This document shows positions 19,783 to 30,790 of a stretch of 64,000 bases of DNA, in pieces. The translations under genes were made by a program, and so were the position numbers. Numbering within the stretch: position 1 is the first letter of the stretch; each line of letters opens with the position of its first letter. The stretch covers positions 192,001 through 256,000 of the forward strand of contig CAWDTA010000002.1 of assembly GCA_963805085.1 (NCBI GenBank), given 5' to 3'. The DNA comes from an uncultured Veillonellaceae bacterium (GTDB lineage Bacteria > Bacillota > Negativicutes > JARBTT01). The notes under the pieces were generated by a model. The model was not told the DNA's origin. It worked only from the letters and a program-made list of their open reading frames with translations, and made no database searches.

Positions 19783-21310
19783 TATTCATACGTTTCTTAT
19801 TTTTACTCAAAATCGCTGGTCGATTGATCATCTTCCACCATGGACCTCTAATAAAAGTATCCTGAACCTCTTGATACTTAAGACTATCTATAGTCGTCAG
19901 TTGTGGGATTCCAAAAGAATGCAAATTTAACAGATGAATCAACAATCCGGCAAGCCCCAATACAAGACCTAATAAACCTAATGTCGCTGACAAGCCAAGT
20001 AATATCAGTCGAATATATATAACGGGGGCATTCAATTTTGGTACTAATAAACCGGAAATCGCCGTAGTTGCAATGATAACAACCATCGGTGCAGCTACAA
20101 GCTTAGCTTCCACTGCCGCCTGTCCAATAACAAGGGCCCCAACGATGCTGAGTGCTTGCCCGATACCAGAAGGCATTCGTATACCAGTCTCCTTTAAAAT
20201 ATCGAACATAATCAGCATAACAATAGCTTCCAGTCCAGCTGGCAATGGTACTCCTAAGCGTTCTCTAGCAACATTAATTAAAAGTGTTGTCGGCAGTATC
20301 TCATGATGAAAGGCAACAATGATAATAAAAATAGAAGGTACCGTAAGAGTTAAGAAAAAGCCAAGCATTCTCAGTAACCGTTCAAATGAAGTATAGTAGA
20401 AGCTTAGATAATAATCTTCATTACTCTGAAAATTTTCAATAAATAAATAAGGCAGTGTTAAAACAACTGGAGAACCATCCACCAATAAAGCGACACGCCC
20501 CTCTAAAAGTTTTGCAACAACAACGTCTGGTCTTTCGGTATATCCCGTTGCCCTAAACGGCGACAATTTTGAATCTCGAATACATTCTGAAATATAATTG
20601 CTATCTAATACCCCATCAATCTCAATCTTTTCAAGACGCCGTTCTAACTCAGCAAGCACTTTTTTATTTACAATAGTGTCGATATAACAAATACAGACTT
20701 GCGTATGCGTCCGAACACCAAGGCTTTGAAATTTTATTTTCAATTCATTGGTTCTTAGCCTGCGCTTAACCATTGATAGATTAATCATTAAAGCTTCACA
20801 AAAGCCTTCCCTTGGCCCGCTGAGAATTTTTTCCCCGGACGGTTCTTCTATTCCCCGTGTATTAAAACCTTTACTGTTTAGCAACAGCGCTTCTTTCTCA
20901 CCATCCACAAATAAAATAGTATCGCCATAAGTGACTGCTTCAATAATTTCTTGCCATTTATCCGTTTTTTTTATTTGATTAATTAAAAGTACTTGATGAA
21001 TTAAAGTATCTATTTGTTGCCCTTTATTAAGAAGTGCCTCTGATAACATCAATGGCTTTATAATATTTTCATTTATAATCATAGAATTAACCAATCCGTC
21101 ATTTTGGACAAGACAATAGTTGAGCACATTATTATGGCAATTGGTTATCCATCTTGTCCCTATGGTATCGTCATCAATGAATATACTTTTTAAATTCGTA
21201 ATATTTTTTTCCAAGGATGAAGAAAGGGCAGTATTTGTATTCACCTGATTCAAACTGTCAATACTATCATTCACAGCTTCTTTGTTTTTTTCCGAACTTT
21301 TTTTCAGCAT
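19757..21310 (-). CDS. gerKA: Spore germination receptor A subunit, copy 2
   Basis: GPREGFCE, TERPD, VGALVIGQAAVEA. Confidence 0.9.
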   Translation of the reverse strand: MLKKSSEKNKEAVNDSIDSLNQVNTNTALSSSLEKNITNLKSIFIDDDTIGTRWITNCHNNVLNYCLVQNDGLVNSMIINENIIKPLMLSEALLNKGQQIDTLIHQVLLINQIKKTDKWQEIIEAVTYGDTILFVDGEKEALLLNSKGFNTRGIEEPSGEKILSGPREGFCEALMINLSMVKRRLRTNELKIKFQSLGVRTHTQVCICYIDTIVNKKVLAELERRLEKIEIDGVLDSNYISECIRDSKLSPFRATGYTERPDVVVAKLLEGRVALLVDGSPVVLTLPYLFIENFQSNEDYYLSFYYTSFERLLRMLGFFLTLTVPSIFIIIVAFHHEILPTTLLINVARERLGVPLPAGLEAIVMLIMFDILKETGIRMPSGIGQALSIVGALVIGQAAVEAKLVAAPMVVIIATTAISGLLVPKLNAPVIYIRLILLGLSATLGLLGLVLGLAGLLIHLLNLHSFGIPQLTTIDSLKYQEVQDTFIRGPWWKMINRPAILSKNKKRMNSDDRGDCD

Positions 21311-21529
21311 AAAAATCCTCCCCATGACGGAAATTCATCTCTTGCTATATTATTGGTCGTTTAAGCGTAAATATTCATACTGAAACAGCACTGCTGTCAT
21401 TTCAGCTCATATCGGATTGCTAAGCGAATAAATCGCTTAATAAAATAAAAAAGATAAAGCAAAGAGTTTTTCAGGCTTTCTCTTTGCTTTATCTTTATAT
21501 GAGAATATATTGAATGCTTTTATTATCAC

Positions 21530-22681
21530 TTATACAGGTGCTTTCACTTGCTTAGCAACACGCATTTTTTGATAACGATAGATCGACAGACTAAGCATAA
21601 CTGCTCCATAGAAAAGAAGAATCATAATATCTTGATATAACTGTGGTGCTTTTCCCGATAACATGAGACTCCGTAAGTTATCAGCAAAGTAGGTAAATGG
21701 CAATAACTCTGCAATTTTTTGTACAAGAAACGGCATAGCCCGCAGTGGCCAAGTAAAACCAGAGACAATAAAAATCGGAACCGAACTGGCAATTGCCAAT
21801 CGATAAAAAACAAGTAAATTGGTAAAAAAAGAAATGATCAGACTGCTGAGTGCTGTCATTGCAAAAACAAAACTACTGCCAAGCAGTAATAAATCCAAAG
21901 CATTTCCCTGTGCTGGTAAATGGAAAATGGTAACTGCGATCGTTAAAAGTACGCCATAGGCACAAGTACCAGCTAGCCAGAACGGCAAAATCTTCCCAAG
22001 CACTACATGGAAGGGCTTACTTTTGATATATTGATCACTTTTATACTCAATCAGCATAGAAATTGCATTTGGAATAAATAACGACATCTGAAAGGAAGTC
22101 ATTAACAAACCATACAGAAAAAAAAGTTGATAATCTAGCGTTGGATTATGTAACAGCCTTGTTTTTAGCTCCACTGGTGAAATTTTATGGAGTGCCGCTT
22201 GTGGCAAGACTCCAGACTGGCTTTCTAATACTTTTACTGCAACTTGTTTGGAGAATCCCCCCAAAATCTCTTCTGCGGCAATCATCACAGTATTTGTGGC
22301 CATTAGATTGGTTCCGTCCACATCAATCAGCACCTGTGTTGGCAATCCCGTCTTCACATCGCGCGTGAACTTCTTTGGTATCCCAACGCCGACCATCGTT
22401 TTTTTCTTATACAAATATTCTTCTAATTCTTCCTGAGAATCTACATATGCAACCAAAGTAAAACGATCGGAATCTTCGAATCTTTGTGTAAGCTCACGAC
22501 TGAGGTACGTCTGACTTTCATCGCAAATAACCAACGGAATATGATCAATAGAATTTTGACTGAACAAATTTCCAAATAAAAGCATATAAAAAAGTGGAAT
22601 AACAAACATACTCAATAGCAACTTGGGGCGTTTGGCTATGATACTCTTAAATTCGCGACTTGCAATTTCCCACCAGTTCAT
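21530..22681 (-). CDS. ABC-2 type permease (YhhJ/YbhR-like)
   Basis: N-terminal TM, periplasmic domain, SGFTWPLRAMP. Confidence 0.85.
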   Translation of the reverse strand: MNWWEIASREFKSIIAKRPKLLLSMFVIPLFYMLLFGNLFSQNSIDHIPLVICDESQTYLSRELTQRFEDSDRFTLVAYVDSQEELEEYLYKKKTMVGVGIPKKFTRDVKTGLPTQVLIDVDGTNLMATNTVMIAAEEILGGFSKQVAVKVLESQSGVLPQAALHKISPVELKTRLLHNPTLDYQLFFLYGLLMTSFQMSLFIPNAISMLIEYKSDQYIKSKPFHVVLGKILPFWLAGTCAYGVLLTIAVTIFHLPAQGNALDLLLLGSSFVFAMTALSSLIISFFTNLLVFYRLAIASSVPIFIVSGFTWPLRAMPFLVQKIAELLPFTYFADNLRSLMLSGKAPQLYQDIMILLFYGAVMLSLSIYRYQKMRVAKQVKAPV

Positions 22682-23862
22682 GCTGAAACCTCCGCCTGTT
22701 TAGCTAAACCTATTTTTTTCACACGATGTTTGCAGATTCCAATTGTAATGAAGCATACAACGACCCCGCCACAACATAAAATAAAAACATTTTGTAGTAA
22801 TTCTCCTGCATAGCCAATAAGCAAAATATCGCGAATGGTATCGGCAGCATAATTGAGCGGTAAAAGGTGTGCATAAAGAGAAGCAAAACTGTTTTTTGCT
22901 ATATTGGGCCAGGAATATCCACTATAGAGAAACGCTGGCATAAAATAAATAAATTCTATGGGATGAAACGGCATAATTTCATTGGGGGCAAGCGCGGAAA
23001 AAAATAATCCCAGACTAGTAACCGTAAAGGTAAACGCAGCATAAATCAAAAGTAAATTTTCTAAACTCCCACGAAAAGGTACCTCAAACAAATACATATA
23101 ACAACCACAGGAGATAATAGCCGCGCCAAAAGCACACAACCAATACGCCATTAGCTTCCCAACCACAATACTGCCTGCAGAATAGCGACTCCATAACTCT
23201 TGATTCTTATATTCTCTTATGATGGCAAAACAAATAGACAAAATAATGCCGATTTGCAAACCATTTGCCGCCATCCCCGGCAACATAAATGGAGTATAAG
23301 AATCCGTAGGATTATACAAAATACGAATTCTTGTTGCAATTGGCGCAGTTGTATATAATGCCTGATTCGGGACTTGTCCGATTGCTTCAACTAATTTTTT
23401 TCCTACCCCGATATTATAAGTAGTAATAATCTCTTTGGCAAAATTCATCGCAGAATTGGGGTACATTAAATTTTTTGCATTAACCGATAATAAAACCTCT
23501 GTACCCACGCCACTTTTGATATGTTTGGCAAAATCAGCTGGGATACCAACAGCTACCATCGCTTGTTCACGATTTAAATAGTCTTCCATTTCTTCCTCTG
23601 AATCGACAACGCCAACAATATCAAATCGCTCCGAATCAGAAAAAGCAAGCAACAATGAACGACTAGCCACACTTTGATCTTGGTCATAAATGACCGTTGG
23701 CATCCCCTTTAACGCATCGGGGCTATAGACAAAACCAAACAGTAGGGTAAAGAACAGTGGAATACCAAAAATAAAATAACCAGCCTTCCCTTTACCGTCA
23801 TAGAAAATATAATGCAATTCCTTGCAGAAGTTAAAATAGAATTCTCTCATTTTTAGCATCAT
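22678..23862 (-). CDS. ABC-2 type permease
   Basis: DQDQSVASR, RILYNP, SGYSWP. Confidence 0.85.
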   Translation of the reverse strand: MMLKMREFYFNFCKELHYIFYDGKGKAGYFIFGIPLFFTLLFGFVYSPDALKGMPTVIYDQDQSVASRSLLLAFSDSERFDIVGVVDSEEEMEDYLNREQAMVAVGIPADFAKHIKSGVGTEVLLSVNAKNLMYPNSAMNFAKEIITTYNIGVGKKLVEAIGQVPNQALYTTAPIATRIRILYNPTDSYTPFMLPGMAANGLQIGIILSICFAIIREYKNQELWSRYSAGSIVVGKLMAYWLCAFGAAIISCGCYMYLFEVPFRGSLENLLLIYAAFTFTVTSLGLFFSALAPNEIMPFHPIEFIYFMPAFLYSGYSWPNIAKNSFASLYAHLLPLNYAADTIRDILLIGYAGELLQNVFILCCGGVVVCFITIGICKHRVKKIGLAKQAEVSA

Positions 23863-24869
23863 CCGATCAGTTTGAAGCGCATACCAGGACGAATTTTTTC
23901 AGAATCAACCTGTATCTTCACATTAAAGGTAATAATGTCTTGCTTATCGCGTTCATTGGTTGCGCGGTAAGTCGCATATTCTGCCTTCTTACTGATATCA
24001 ACAATATCGCCCTCTACTTTTAACTCTTTGTCTCGCCCTTCCAACTGGATATGACTACCAATTTGATATTTAGATAAATCAGTCTCAGCTACTTTGATGT
24101 TTACCCAATTATCTTTAGGATCTTGAATACTAACGAGCGGAATACCTGTAGAAATCATCGCACCGACTTCAACATATTTTGCCGTAATGATACCGTCAAA
24201 CGGTGCCCGAATTTCCGTTTCATCCAAACTTACTTGCGTTTGTTCTATTTCTGCTGACGACTGCGCAATTTTACTGCGCAGTACTTCTTCATTTTCACGA
24301 TTTGCTTTTCCTTGCAATAGATTTGCTTCTGCCGAACTCACACCAGCTTGCGCTTCTTCTCGCGCGGCCATCGCTACATTATATTTTGATCGATAACTTT
24401 CAAACGTTTGCTGCGATATTGCCCCACTATCTACCAACTTTGAAAATCTATTAAAATCAGATTCTGCTAAATCTAATTCAGATTGTGCCGTAGCCAATTT
24501 TGCTTTAGCTACAGACAATGCAGCCTGCAGTGTCTGATCTTGCAGCCCAGTATTCGTAGTTGCTTGGTTTAACTGGGCAGAAAGTGATTGCTCCCCTGCT
24601 TTAGCCTGATTGACTTCAGCAACAATTTCACGCTTATCCATACGGGCTAATATTTGTCCTTTTTTTACGGTATCGCCCTCTTTCACCAATAACTCTACAA
24701 CTCGCCCAGCGATTTTAGAATTAATATCTACCTCTCTTGCCTCTGTACGTCCCCATATTTCTGGCTCGGATTGTTTAAAACTACAACCATTTAACACTAT
24801 GCTAACAAGCATGATGCACAAAGCCACCACACTCTGAATATAACGATATTTTTTATACTGCTCAACCAC
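23859..24869 (-). CDS. HlyD-family membrane fusion protein
   Basis: INSKIAGRVVELLVKEGDTVKKGQ, IRAPFDG; lipobox-like LNGC. Confidence 0.9.
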   Translation of the reverse strand: MVEQYKKYRYIQSVVALCIMLVSIVLNGCSFKQSEPEIWGRTEAREVDINSKIAGRVVELLVKEGDTVKKGQILARMDKREIVAEVNQAKAGEQSLSAQLNQATTNTGLQDQTLQAALSVAKAKLATAQSELDLAESDFNRFSKLVDSGAISQQTFESYRSKYNVAMAAREEAQAGVSSAEANLLQGKANRENEEVLRSKIAQSSAEIEQTQVSLDETEIRAPFDGIITAKYVEVGAMISTGIPLVSIQDPKDNWVNIKVAETDLSKYQIGSHIQLEGRDKELKVEGDIVDISKKAEYATYRATNERDKQDIITFNVKIQVDSEKIRPGMRFKLIG

Positions 24870-24963
24870 TCAATTTCCTCCTAAAACACTTTTCTTGTTT
24901 TTGACTCATTGCACTATTATAATAAAAAGTAAATCATATGTATAATACATAATAAAATAATGA

Positions 24964-24986
24964 TTCATACAATAAATGTATGAATT
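24964..24986. promoter_or_regulatory. LysR-type binding box in the divergent promoter
   Basis: TTCATAC-N7-GTATGAA (T-N11-A dyad). Confidence 0.6.
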
Positions 24987-25009
24987 ATTATTTTATGGAG
25001 GAATGAGCT

Positions 25010-25906
25010 TTGATCAATTTTAAAAAATTACAATATTTTCTTACCGTAGCAGAAGAAGGGCAAATTACAAAAGCTGCAAAAAAGCTCTGTATTGCCCAGC
25101 CCCCTTTAACACATCAGTTAAAAACACTAGAAGAGGAACTCGGCGTACAATTGATCAAGAAAATCGGCCGCAATATCCAATTAACGGAAGCTGGTTATGC
25201 CCTACGCGATAGTGGCGAGCAAATACTGGAATTGGTGAATAAAGCACAAAAGGAGTTAAAAGAAATCGACCAAGGTGAAACGGGCACTTTAGCCATCGGC
25301 TCAGTAACTGCTTGGGGTGCAACGGTTTTACCTGACCAGATTTCTAATTACAGTCTAAAGTATCCTAAAATAAACTTTCGTATTTATGAGGGAGATAATC
25401 ATAAAATTATCAACCTCTTAAGTAACGGAGTAATCGAAGTCGGCATTGTCTTATTTCCTGTTGATACCGCGATTTATGAATCAATTCGTTTGCCAAGTGC
25501 TCCGATGGTCGCGGCAATGAATAAAAAATGGGATGATCACCCCGAAAATAGTACGATCAGCCTTAAAGACCTAATTGATAAACCGCTTATTCTTCACCGT
25601 CTAAGTGAACGAACTACCGCCTATTACCAAGAACAAAATTTAAAACCAAATATTATCTGCATACATAATGACATCCGTTCTATGTTGGCCTTGGCAAGTA
25701 CAGGCCTCGGCGTAACCATTGTGCCAAAATCAAGCGCTTCGCTAAAACAGGATAATACATTGATTTATAAAGAAATCACCGATCCTATATTGCCGTTATC
25801 TGTTACCATTATATGGAAACGTAATCGTTATTTGTCAATGATTGCCAAGAACTTTTTAGGAATGTTTACCGACGATTCAGCAGATCAATCCTTGATGCCG
25901 CTCTAA
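25010..25906 (+). CDS. LysR-family transcriptional regulator
   Basis: LQYFLTVAEEGQITKAAKKLCIAQPPLTHQLKTLEEELG HTH. Confidence 0.95.
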   Translation: MINFKKLQYFLTVAEEGQITKAAKKLCIAQPPLTHQLKTLEEELGVQLIKKIGRNIQLTEAGYALRDSGEQILELVNKAQKELKEIDQGETGTLAIGSVTAWGATVLPDQISNYSLKYPKINFRIYEGDNHKIINLLSNGVIEVGIVLFPVDTAIYESIRLPSAPMVAAMNKKWDDHPENSTISLKDLIDKPLILHRLSERTTAYYQEQNLKPNIICIHNDIRSMLALASTGLGVTIVPKSSASLKQDNTLIYKEITDPILPLSVTIIWKRNRYLSMIAKNFLGMFTDDSADQSLMPL

Positions 25907-25960
25907 CCTCTATGTTTATCGATGATCAAATTTCATTAAAAATTTTGACATGAATAGACA

Positions 25961-26055
25961 TCATGATACCCTAAATTTGTCTACTGCATGTTGCAGCTCG
26001 GCGGCCATTTTATTGAGTTCTTGACTAAAGGCCGCTATTTCTTCCATGGATTTAC
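25961..26055 (-). pseudogene. C-terminal remnant of a methyl-accepting chemotaxis protein
   Basis: SMEEIAAFSQELNKMAAELQHAVDKFRVS*, paralogous to the end of the adjacent MCP. Confidence 0.7.
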
Positions 26056-26169
26056 TCTCTGCATAAAAATGCCTCAATCCCTATTTTATAAGGATTGAGG
26101 CATTAATTTATCTTACCAGTGATGTAGTTCTGCGCATCGGATAGAGTGGTGACATCCCCAGAAAGCCGC

Positions 26170-28005
26170 TTAAATTTTAAACTCTCTAATAGCCTGTTGT
26201 AATTCTTCTGCCATTTTTGCTAAATGCTTACTTGCCGAAGCAATCTCTTCTACTGATGCCGATTGTTCTTCCGTTGCCGCCGAAATAGTCTGCGTTTGTT
26301 CAGATGTTTTTTGGCCTTCAGCATCAATGTCCTGTACAGCATTCACTACATTTTGAGTACCACTTGTAATCTCTTCAATAGAACCAGATATTTCATGAAT
26401 TTGGTTGGTCATGTCCCGAACCATTTTTAATATTTCTTCGAAACTTTGCCCCGCAGCTACTACAACATTTGCACCTGTATCTACTTCTTTTTTGCCATCA
26501 TTCATAAACATTACCGCACTATCGGTTTTAGATTGCACGTCATTGATTAACTCTGTTATTTGCTTTGCTGCATCTTGTGATTGTTCGGCAAGCTTCCTAA
26601 CTTCTTCTGCTACAACGGCGAAACCTCTACCAGCTTCACCTGCTCTTGCCGCTTCAATTGCCGCATTTAATGCCAAAAGGTTTGTTTGCCCTGAAATACT
26701 GGAAATAACATCAACAATTTTTCCGATTTGTTTTGATTTTTCTTCTAATTCGCCAATTACATTAGCAGTTGCATTGGTTTTTTCTTCAATTATTTTCATT
26801 TGGTTTACTGCTTGTTTTATTGCTTCTTCACCATCATTAGCTGTCATAGCTGTCTTCTCAGCAGAACTTGAAACTGTTTCTGTATTCACTGACACTTGAC
26901 TGATTGCATGAGATATTTGGTGTACTACGTTATTTGCGTTATTGGATAAACTTAATTGTTTTTCTGCGCCTTGCGCAACCTCAGTTACCGAACCTGCTAC
27001 TTGATTCGCTGCTTGAGCCGATTGTTCAGCACTTGTCGTTAACCCTTCTGCCGCTACAGACAAATTGTATGCCGATTTATTTATTACATTCAACATAGTT
27101 CGGACATTGGTACGCACATTTAGCAGTGCATCCGCCAACTGACCAACTTCATCTTTACTAGAAATATGTCGCGGTTTATCACTAAAATCTCCTTCGGCTA
27201 ACTGATTGGCGGTTTCCACCATTGAAATTATTGGATTTACAATTTTACCAATTACGACCAAAGCAATCACAGTTCCTAATAACAAAGAAACCAGCATAAC
27301 GATTCCAGAAACATACAATATCTTATTTGCTCCTTCATTAAAATCAGACATGTATGTACCTGCAACAACAACCCACCCCCAATTAGGATCTAACTTCTGG
27401 AAGGTTATCTTTTCTCCAAATGCCTGTGAGTTAGGTAAAGTCCAGGAATAATATGCAAATCCTCCATTAGGTTTAAGCGCTTGATTTATTTGTTCTTGCC
27501 CGACGAATAGACCATTCTCTTTCCCTTTTTCTTTTAACTCCCAAATATTAGAACCTTCGAGACTTGGATGAGCGATTTCTTCACCGTCCTGCGAATAAAT
27601 AATCGGATATCCGTTTTTGCCTAAAAATATATCTTTATTTATTGGGCGTTTTATTTCTTTTATTGTTTTTTTATCGCCTTGCTTATTATATTTGACTTCA
27701 ATGCTTTTACCTGTTTCTAGCGATTTTCCCAGAATATATATTTTTGTTTGTTCTTGTGCTTCTTCAAGAGAGATAGCACCTCTCTTAACTTCTTCATTCT
27801 TTGCATCAATGAGCATTAATATCATATTAACCGTATTCTCTAAAATAACTCTACCTTGTGCATCCAATTCTTTTTGAGCTATATAATAACTTGCAGTACC
27901 AATAGTAAGACTCACACACAACAAAAGCAAAATAACAGTTACAATAATTTTACTTTTAATCGTTTTTTTGATATCAAACAAATGCTTTAGCCAGTTCAAA
28001 TACAA
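26170..28005 (-). CDS. Methyl-accepting chemotaxis protein (Cache, HAMP, MA domains)
   Basis: [37 protein letters not shown]; two TMs; HAMP DEVGQLA. Confidence 0.95.
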   Translation of the reverse strand: MYLNWLKHLFDIKKTIKSKIIVTVILLLLCVSLTIGTASYYIAQKELDAQGRVILENTVNMILMLIDAKNEEVKRGAISLEEAQEQTKIYILGKSLETGKSIEVKYNKQGDKKTIKEIKRPINKDIFLGKNGYPIIYSQDGEEIAHPSLEGSNIWELKEKGKENGLFVGQEQINQALKPNGGFAYYSWTLPNSQAFGEKITFQKLDPNWGWVVVAGTYMSDFNEGANKILYVSGIVMLVSLLLGTVIALVVIGKIVNPIISMVETANQLAEGDFSDKPRHISSKDEVGQLADALLNVRTNVRTMLNVINKSAYNLSVAAEGLTTSAEQSAQAANQVAGSVTEVAQGAEKQLSLSNNANNVVHQISHAISQVSVNTETVSSSAEKTAMTANDGEEAIKQAVNQMKIIEEKTNATANVIGELEEKSKQIGKIVDVISSISGQTNLLALNAAIEAARAGEAGRGFAVVAEEVRKLAEQSQDAAKQITELINDVQSKTDSAVMFMNDGKKEVDTGANVVVAAGQSFEEILKMVRDMTNQIHEISGSIEEITSGTQNVVNAVQDIDAEGQKTSEQTQTISAATEEQSASVEEIASASKHLAKMAEELQQAIREFKI

Positions 28006-28238
28006 CCGCCCCCATTAATAAATGTAAATTATTTCATCACATGTGTTGATTCCCAAATATTTCTATAGTATTAGACGAAAATATTGAATTTTAAGACATT
28101 AAAATATCTGAATATAAAAGCTTAAGTCTAAAGGATTTTACGATAATTTCATTACATTTTATGGATAGTCAACACATATAACTTGAAAAAACAGATTGCT
28201 ACAAATCCAAGGCAGTTGAGTGTGCTGATTTTTGGAAA

Positions 28239-28532
28239 TCATCCGCAGCGAAAAGATATACCTAAAGTTCCTTCAGGATATTTCCATTGTTTTATTCCTT
28301 TATCTTTACATACAATTCGACAAGTCCCACATTCTAAGCAACCAGCATAATCAAAGGTTATTTCACCATTTTCATTTAATTTATATACCGAAGCTGGGCA
28401 TACCACCAAACATGCTTTATTTTGGCACTTTGCGCAAATGCTTTTTTCTAATATGATGTGAGCATTTTCTTCATCAACCACAAATTTATTTAGCCCTAAT
28501 AGTTCATCGGCACCTTGTCTTCTTACGGTCAT
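28239..28532 (-). CDS. fixX: Ferredoxin-like protein FixX
   Basis: CLVVCPASVY..GCLECGTCR..YPEG; follows fixC. Confidence 0.9.
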   Translation of the reverse strand: MTVRRQGADELLGLNKFVVDEENAHIILEKSICAKCQNKACLVVCPASVYKLNENGEITFDYAGCLECGTCRIVCKDKGIKQWKYPEGTLGISFRCG

Positions 28533-29815
28533 ATCGCTCTAAATCCTTTCCAGCCATCAGCAATGAGTTGACCTAAACGGATATGTCTTCTCATAATTTT
28601 TTTCATCGCACTTGGCATTTTTTCTGGCAGTTTCCCATCTACCGTAAACATAAACTTCATCATTTCATTCATCATCTCAGGATATTGTTTCGCCATACGC
28701 GGTATACTCGTAATTTCTGGCCAACCAGCAAATAGTTTCATCGTCGGAATCAGCTGCAATTCATGTAATTCTCTAACATAACTCGGGCCGACTTCCTGCC
28801 TAGATTTTGCACCTAGTATAGCTTGAGCTGCAGCAACTCCGCTTACAATCGCTAGATCGATTCCTCTAATCATCGTACCTGTATTTACACAAAACCCTGC
28901 GGCATCACCAACAATTAAGAACCCATCACGATATAATTGTTTCGGTACGCTATTCCAACCGTTTTCTGGTACTAAATGTGCACTATACTCACTTGTCGTA
29001 CCATCACCAATCATTTGATAAATTGCCGGATGCATCTTAAAGTCTTGATAAATATCGGCAATCTTTTTCTTTTGCTGGGCAAGTGCGGCTGGACTAAGGA
29101 CAATTCCTAATGAAATACTATCTTTGTTGGTGTACAAAAAGCCACCACCTTGTACACCATTTGTTTGCCCTAAAATGGCTCTAGCCGCCCCTTCGTCAGT
29201 GCCCACGTTGAATCTTTCTTGAATAATATTGGCTGGCAAGTTGATAATTTCTTTTACACCTACGCCAACTTCATGAGATGTCCAATCTTTTTTAAGTCCA
29301 GCTTTTTGCGCCATAAATGAATTTAAGCCATCGGCCGCAATAACAACATCGGCATACATTTCATCCTCGCCAGCTTTTACCCCAACTACTTTATCGTCTT
29401 TGATAATAAGATCATTGACTAGTATTCCTGTTGCAATCATTGCACCTTTTTCTTCCGCTTTACCAGCAAACCATTCATCAAATGGCGCGCGTAGTACAGT
29501 ATAAGATTGTGGCATTTCAGCTCTTGCCAAATCAGCATCAAAATAATCAATAGTTACGCCTGTATTTTCACCAAGCAACATAATTTGTTCTCTAACGACT
29601 TTCCGTTCCAGCACTGCTTCTTTATGTAAACCAGATTCTACTAGTTCTAAAGCATAAGTGTAAAGACGTCCACCAGTTACATTTTTACTTCCAGCTGTGT
29701 CCCCACGTTCTATGACTAGAACACTTTTCCCCTCACGTGCTAGGATATAGGCACAAGCTGCGCCAGCTGGGCCAGCACCTACGATGATGGCATCAAATTT
29801 TTCTTCGTCCCCCAT
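28529..29815 (-). CDS. fixC: ETF:quinone oxidoreductase FixC
   Basis: VGAGPAG, GSKNVTGGRLY, GGGFLYTN, VGDAAG. Confidence 0.9.
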   Translation of the reverse strand: MGDEEKFDAIIVGAGPAGAACAYILAREGKSVLVIERGDTAGSKNVTGGRLYTYALELVESGLHKEAVLERKVVREQIMLLGENTGVTIDYFDADLARAEMPQSYTVLRAPFDEWFAGKAEEKGAMIATGILVNDLIIKDDKVVGVKAGEDEMYADVVIAADGLNSFMAQKAGLKKDWTSHEVGVGVKEIINLPANIIQERFNVGTDEGAARAILGQTNGVQGGGFLYTNKDSISLGIVLSPAALAQQKKKIADIYQDFKMHPAIYQMIGDGTTSEYSAHLVPENGWNSVPKQLYRDGFLIVGDAAGFCVNTGTMIRGIDLAIVSGVAAAQAILGAKSRQEVGPSYVRELHELQLIPTMKLFAGWPEITSIPRMAKQYPEMMNEMMKFMFTVDGKLPEKMPSAMKKIMRRHIRLGQLIADGWKGFRAI

Positions 29816-29844
29816 CAGCTCACCTCCCTGCCTTTCTCTACATT

Positions 29845-30774
29845 TTATTTCACTATTTTTTCTGTTAACAATGGCACGATATCATATAAGTCACCAACAA
29901 TCCCATAATCTGCTGCCTCAAAGATCGGTGCATTTTCGTTGGTATCAATTGCTACGATGATTTTCGAATCACGAATACCAGCGGCGTGTTGTACTTGTCC
30001 TGATACTCCCATAGAAATATAAAGTTGTGGTTTGACCTTTTGCCCAGATAAACCGATGTAGGCTTCGTTTGGCAACCAGTGATAATCTTCGGCAACACTT
30101 CTGGTACAACCAATTTCTGCGCCTAATTTATCAGCTAAGTCTTGTGCTAATTTCATATCTTCTTGTTTGGCAAGACCACGGCCAACGCAAATGAGTTTTT
30201 CTGCAGTTGTGATATCTGCACCTTGTTTAATAATTGGGCATACATTGCCGACTGTTACAATCTCTGCTACTTCTACTGTGATTTTTTCAGTTTTCCCGGT
30301 ACGACTTGGATCACCTTGCGCTGCATCATACGTACGTGGTTCTATCGTTACAATACTGGCAGGTGCTAGTATTTCTGTGCATACTGCAAGTCCACCATAC
30401 ATGATTCTTTCCGTCTCAATATTTCCGTCAATTACTTTGATGCTAAGCGCACTGTTTACAAGCCCTACATTTAGGTGAGCTGAAATTTTTGCGGCAACTT
30501 CTTTACCACGTAGTGTCCCACCGATTAAAAGCGTGGTTGGTTTTTCTTTACCAGCTATTTCTGCAATTGATTTTGCATAGCTTTCTGGCGAAACGCTATT
30601 TCCTTCTATTATAATTGCTTTATCAGCACCTCTTAAAATTAAGTCTAGAGAATTATCTTCCATAATATTTACTGCAATAAGTGGTTCTTTTAATGAATCT
30701 GCTAAACTACGGCCAATCGTTAATAACTGTTGCTCTACTATGTTATCTTCTGAATACACCCAAATTCCAGCCAT
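29845..30774 (-). CDS. fixB: Electron transfer flavoprotein alpha subunit (FixB)
   Basis: IGLSGQKVKPQLY..GVSGQVQHAAGI. Confidence 0.9.
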   Translation of the reverse strand: MAGIWVYSEDNIVEQQLLTIGRSLADSLKEPLIAVNIMEDNSLDLILRGADKAIIIEGNSVSPESYAKSIAEIAGKEKPTTLLIGGTLRGKEVAAKISAHLNVGLVNSALSIKVIDGNIETERIMYGGLAVCTEILAPASIVTIEPRTYDAAQGDPSRTGKTEKITVEVAEIVTVGNVCPIIKQGADITTAEKLICVGRGLAKQEDMKLAQDLADKLGAEIGCTRSVAEDYHWLPNEAYIGLSGQKVKPQLYISMGVSGQVQHAAGIRDSKIIVAIDTNENAPIFEAADYGIVGDLYDIVPLLTEKIVK

Positions 30775-30790
30775 GATTGTTCCTCCCTTT

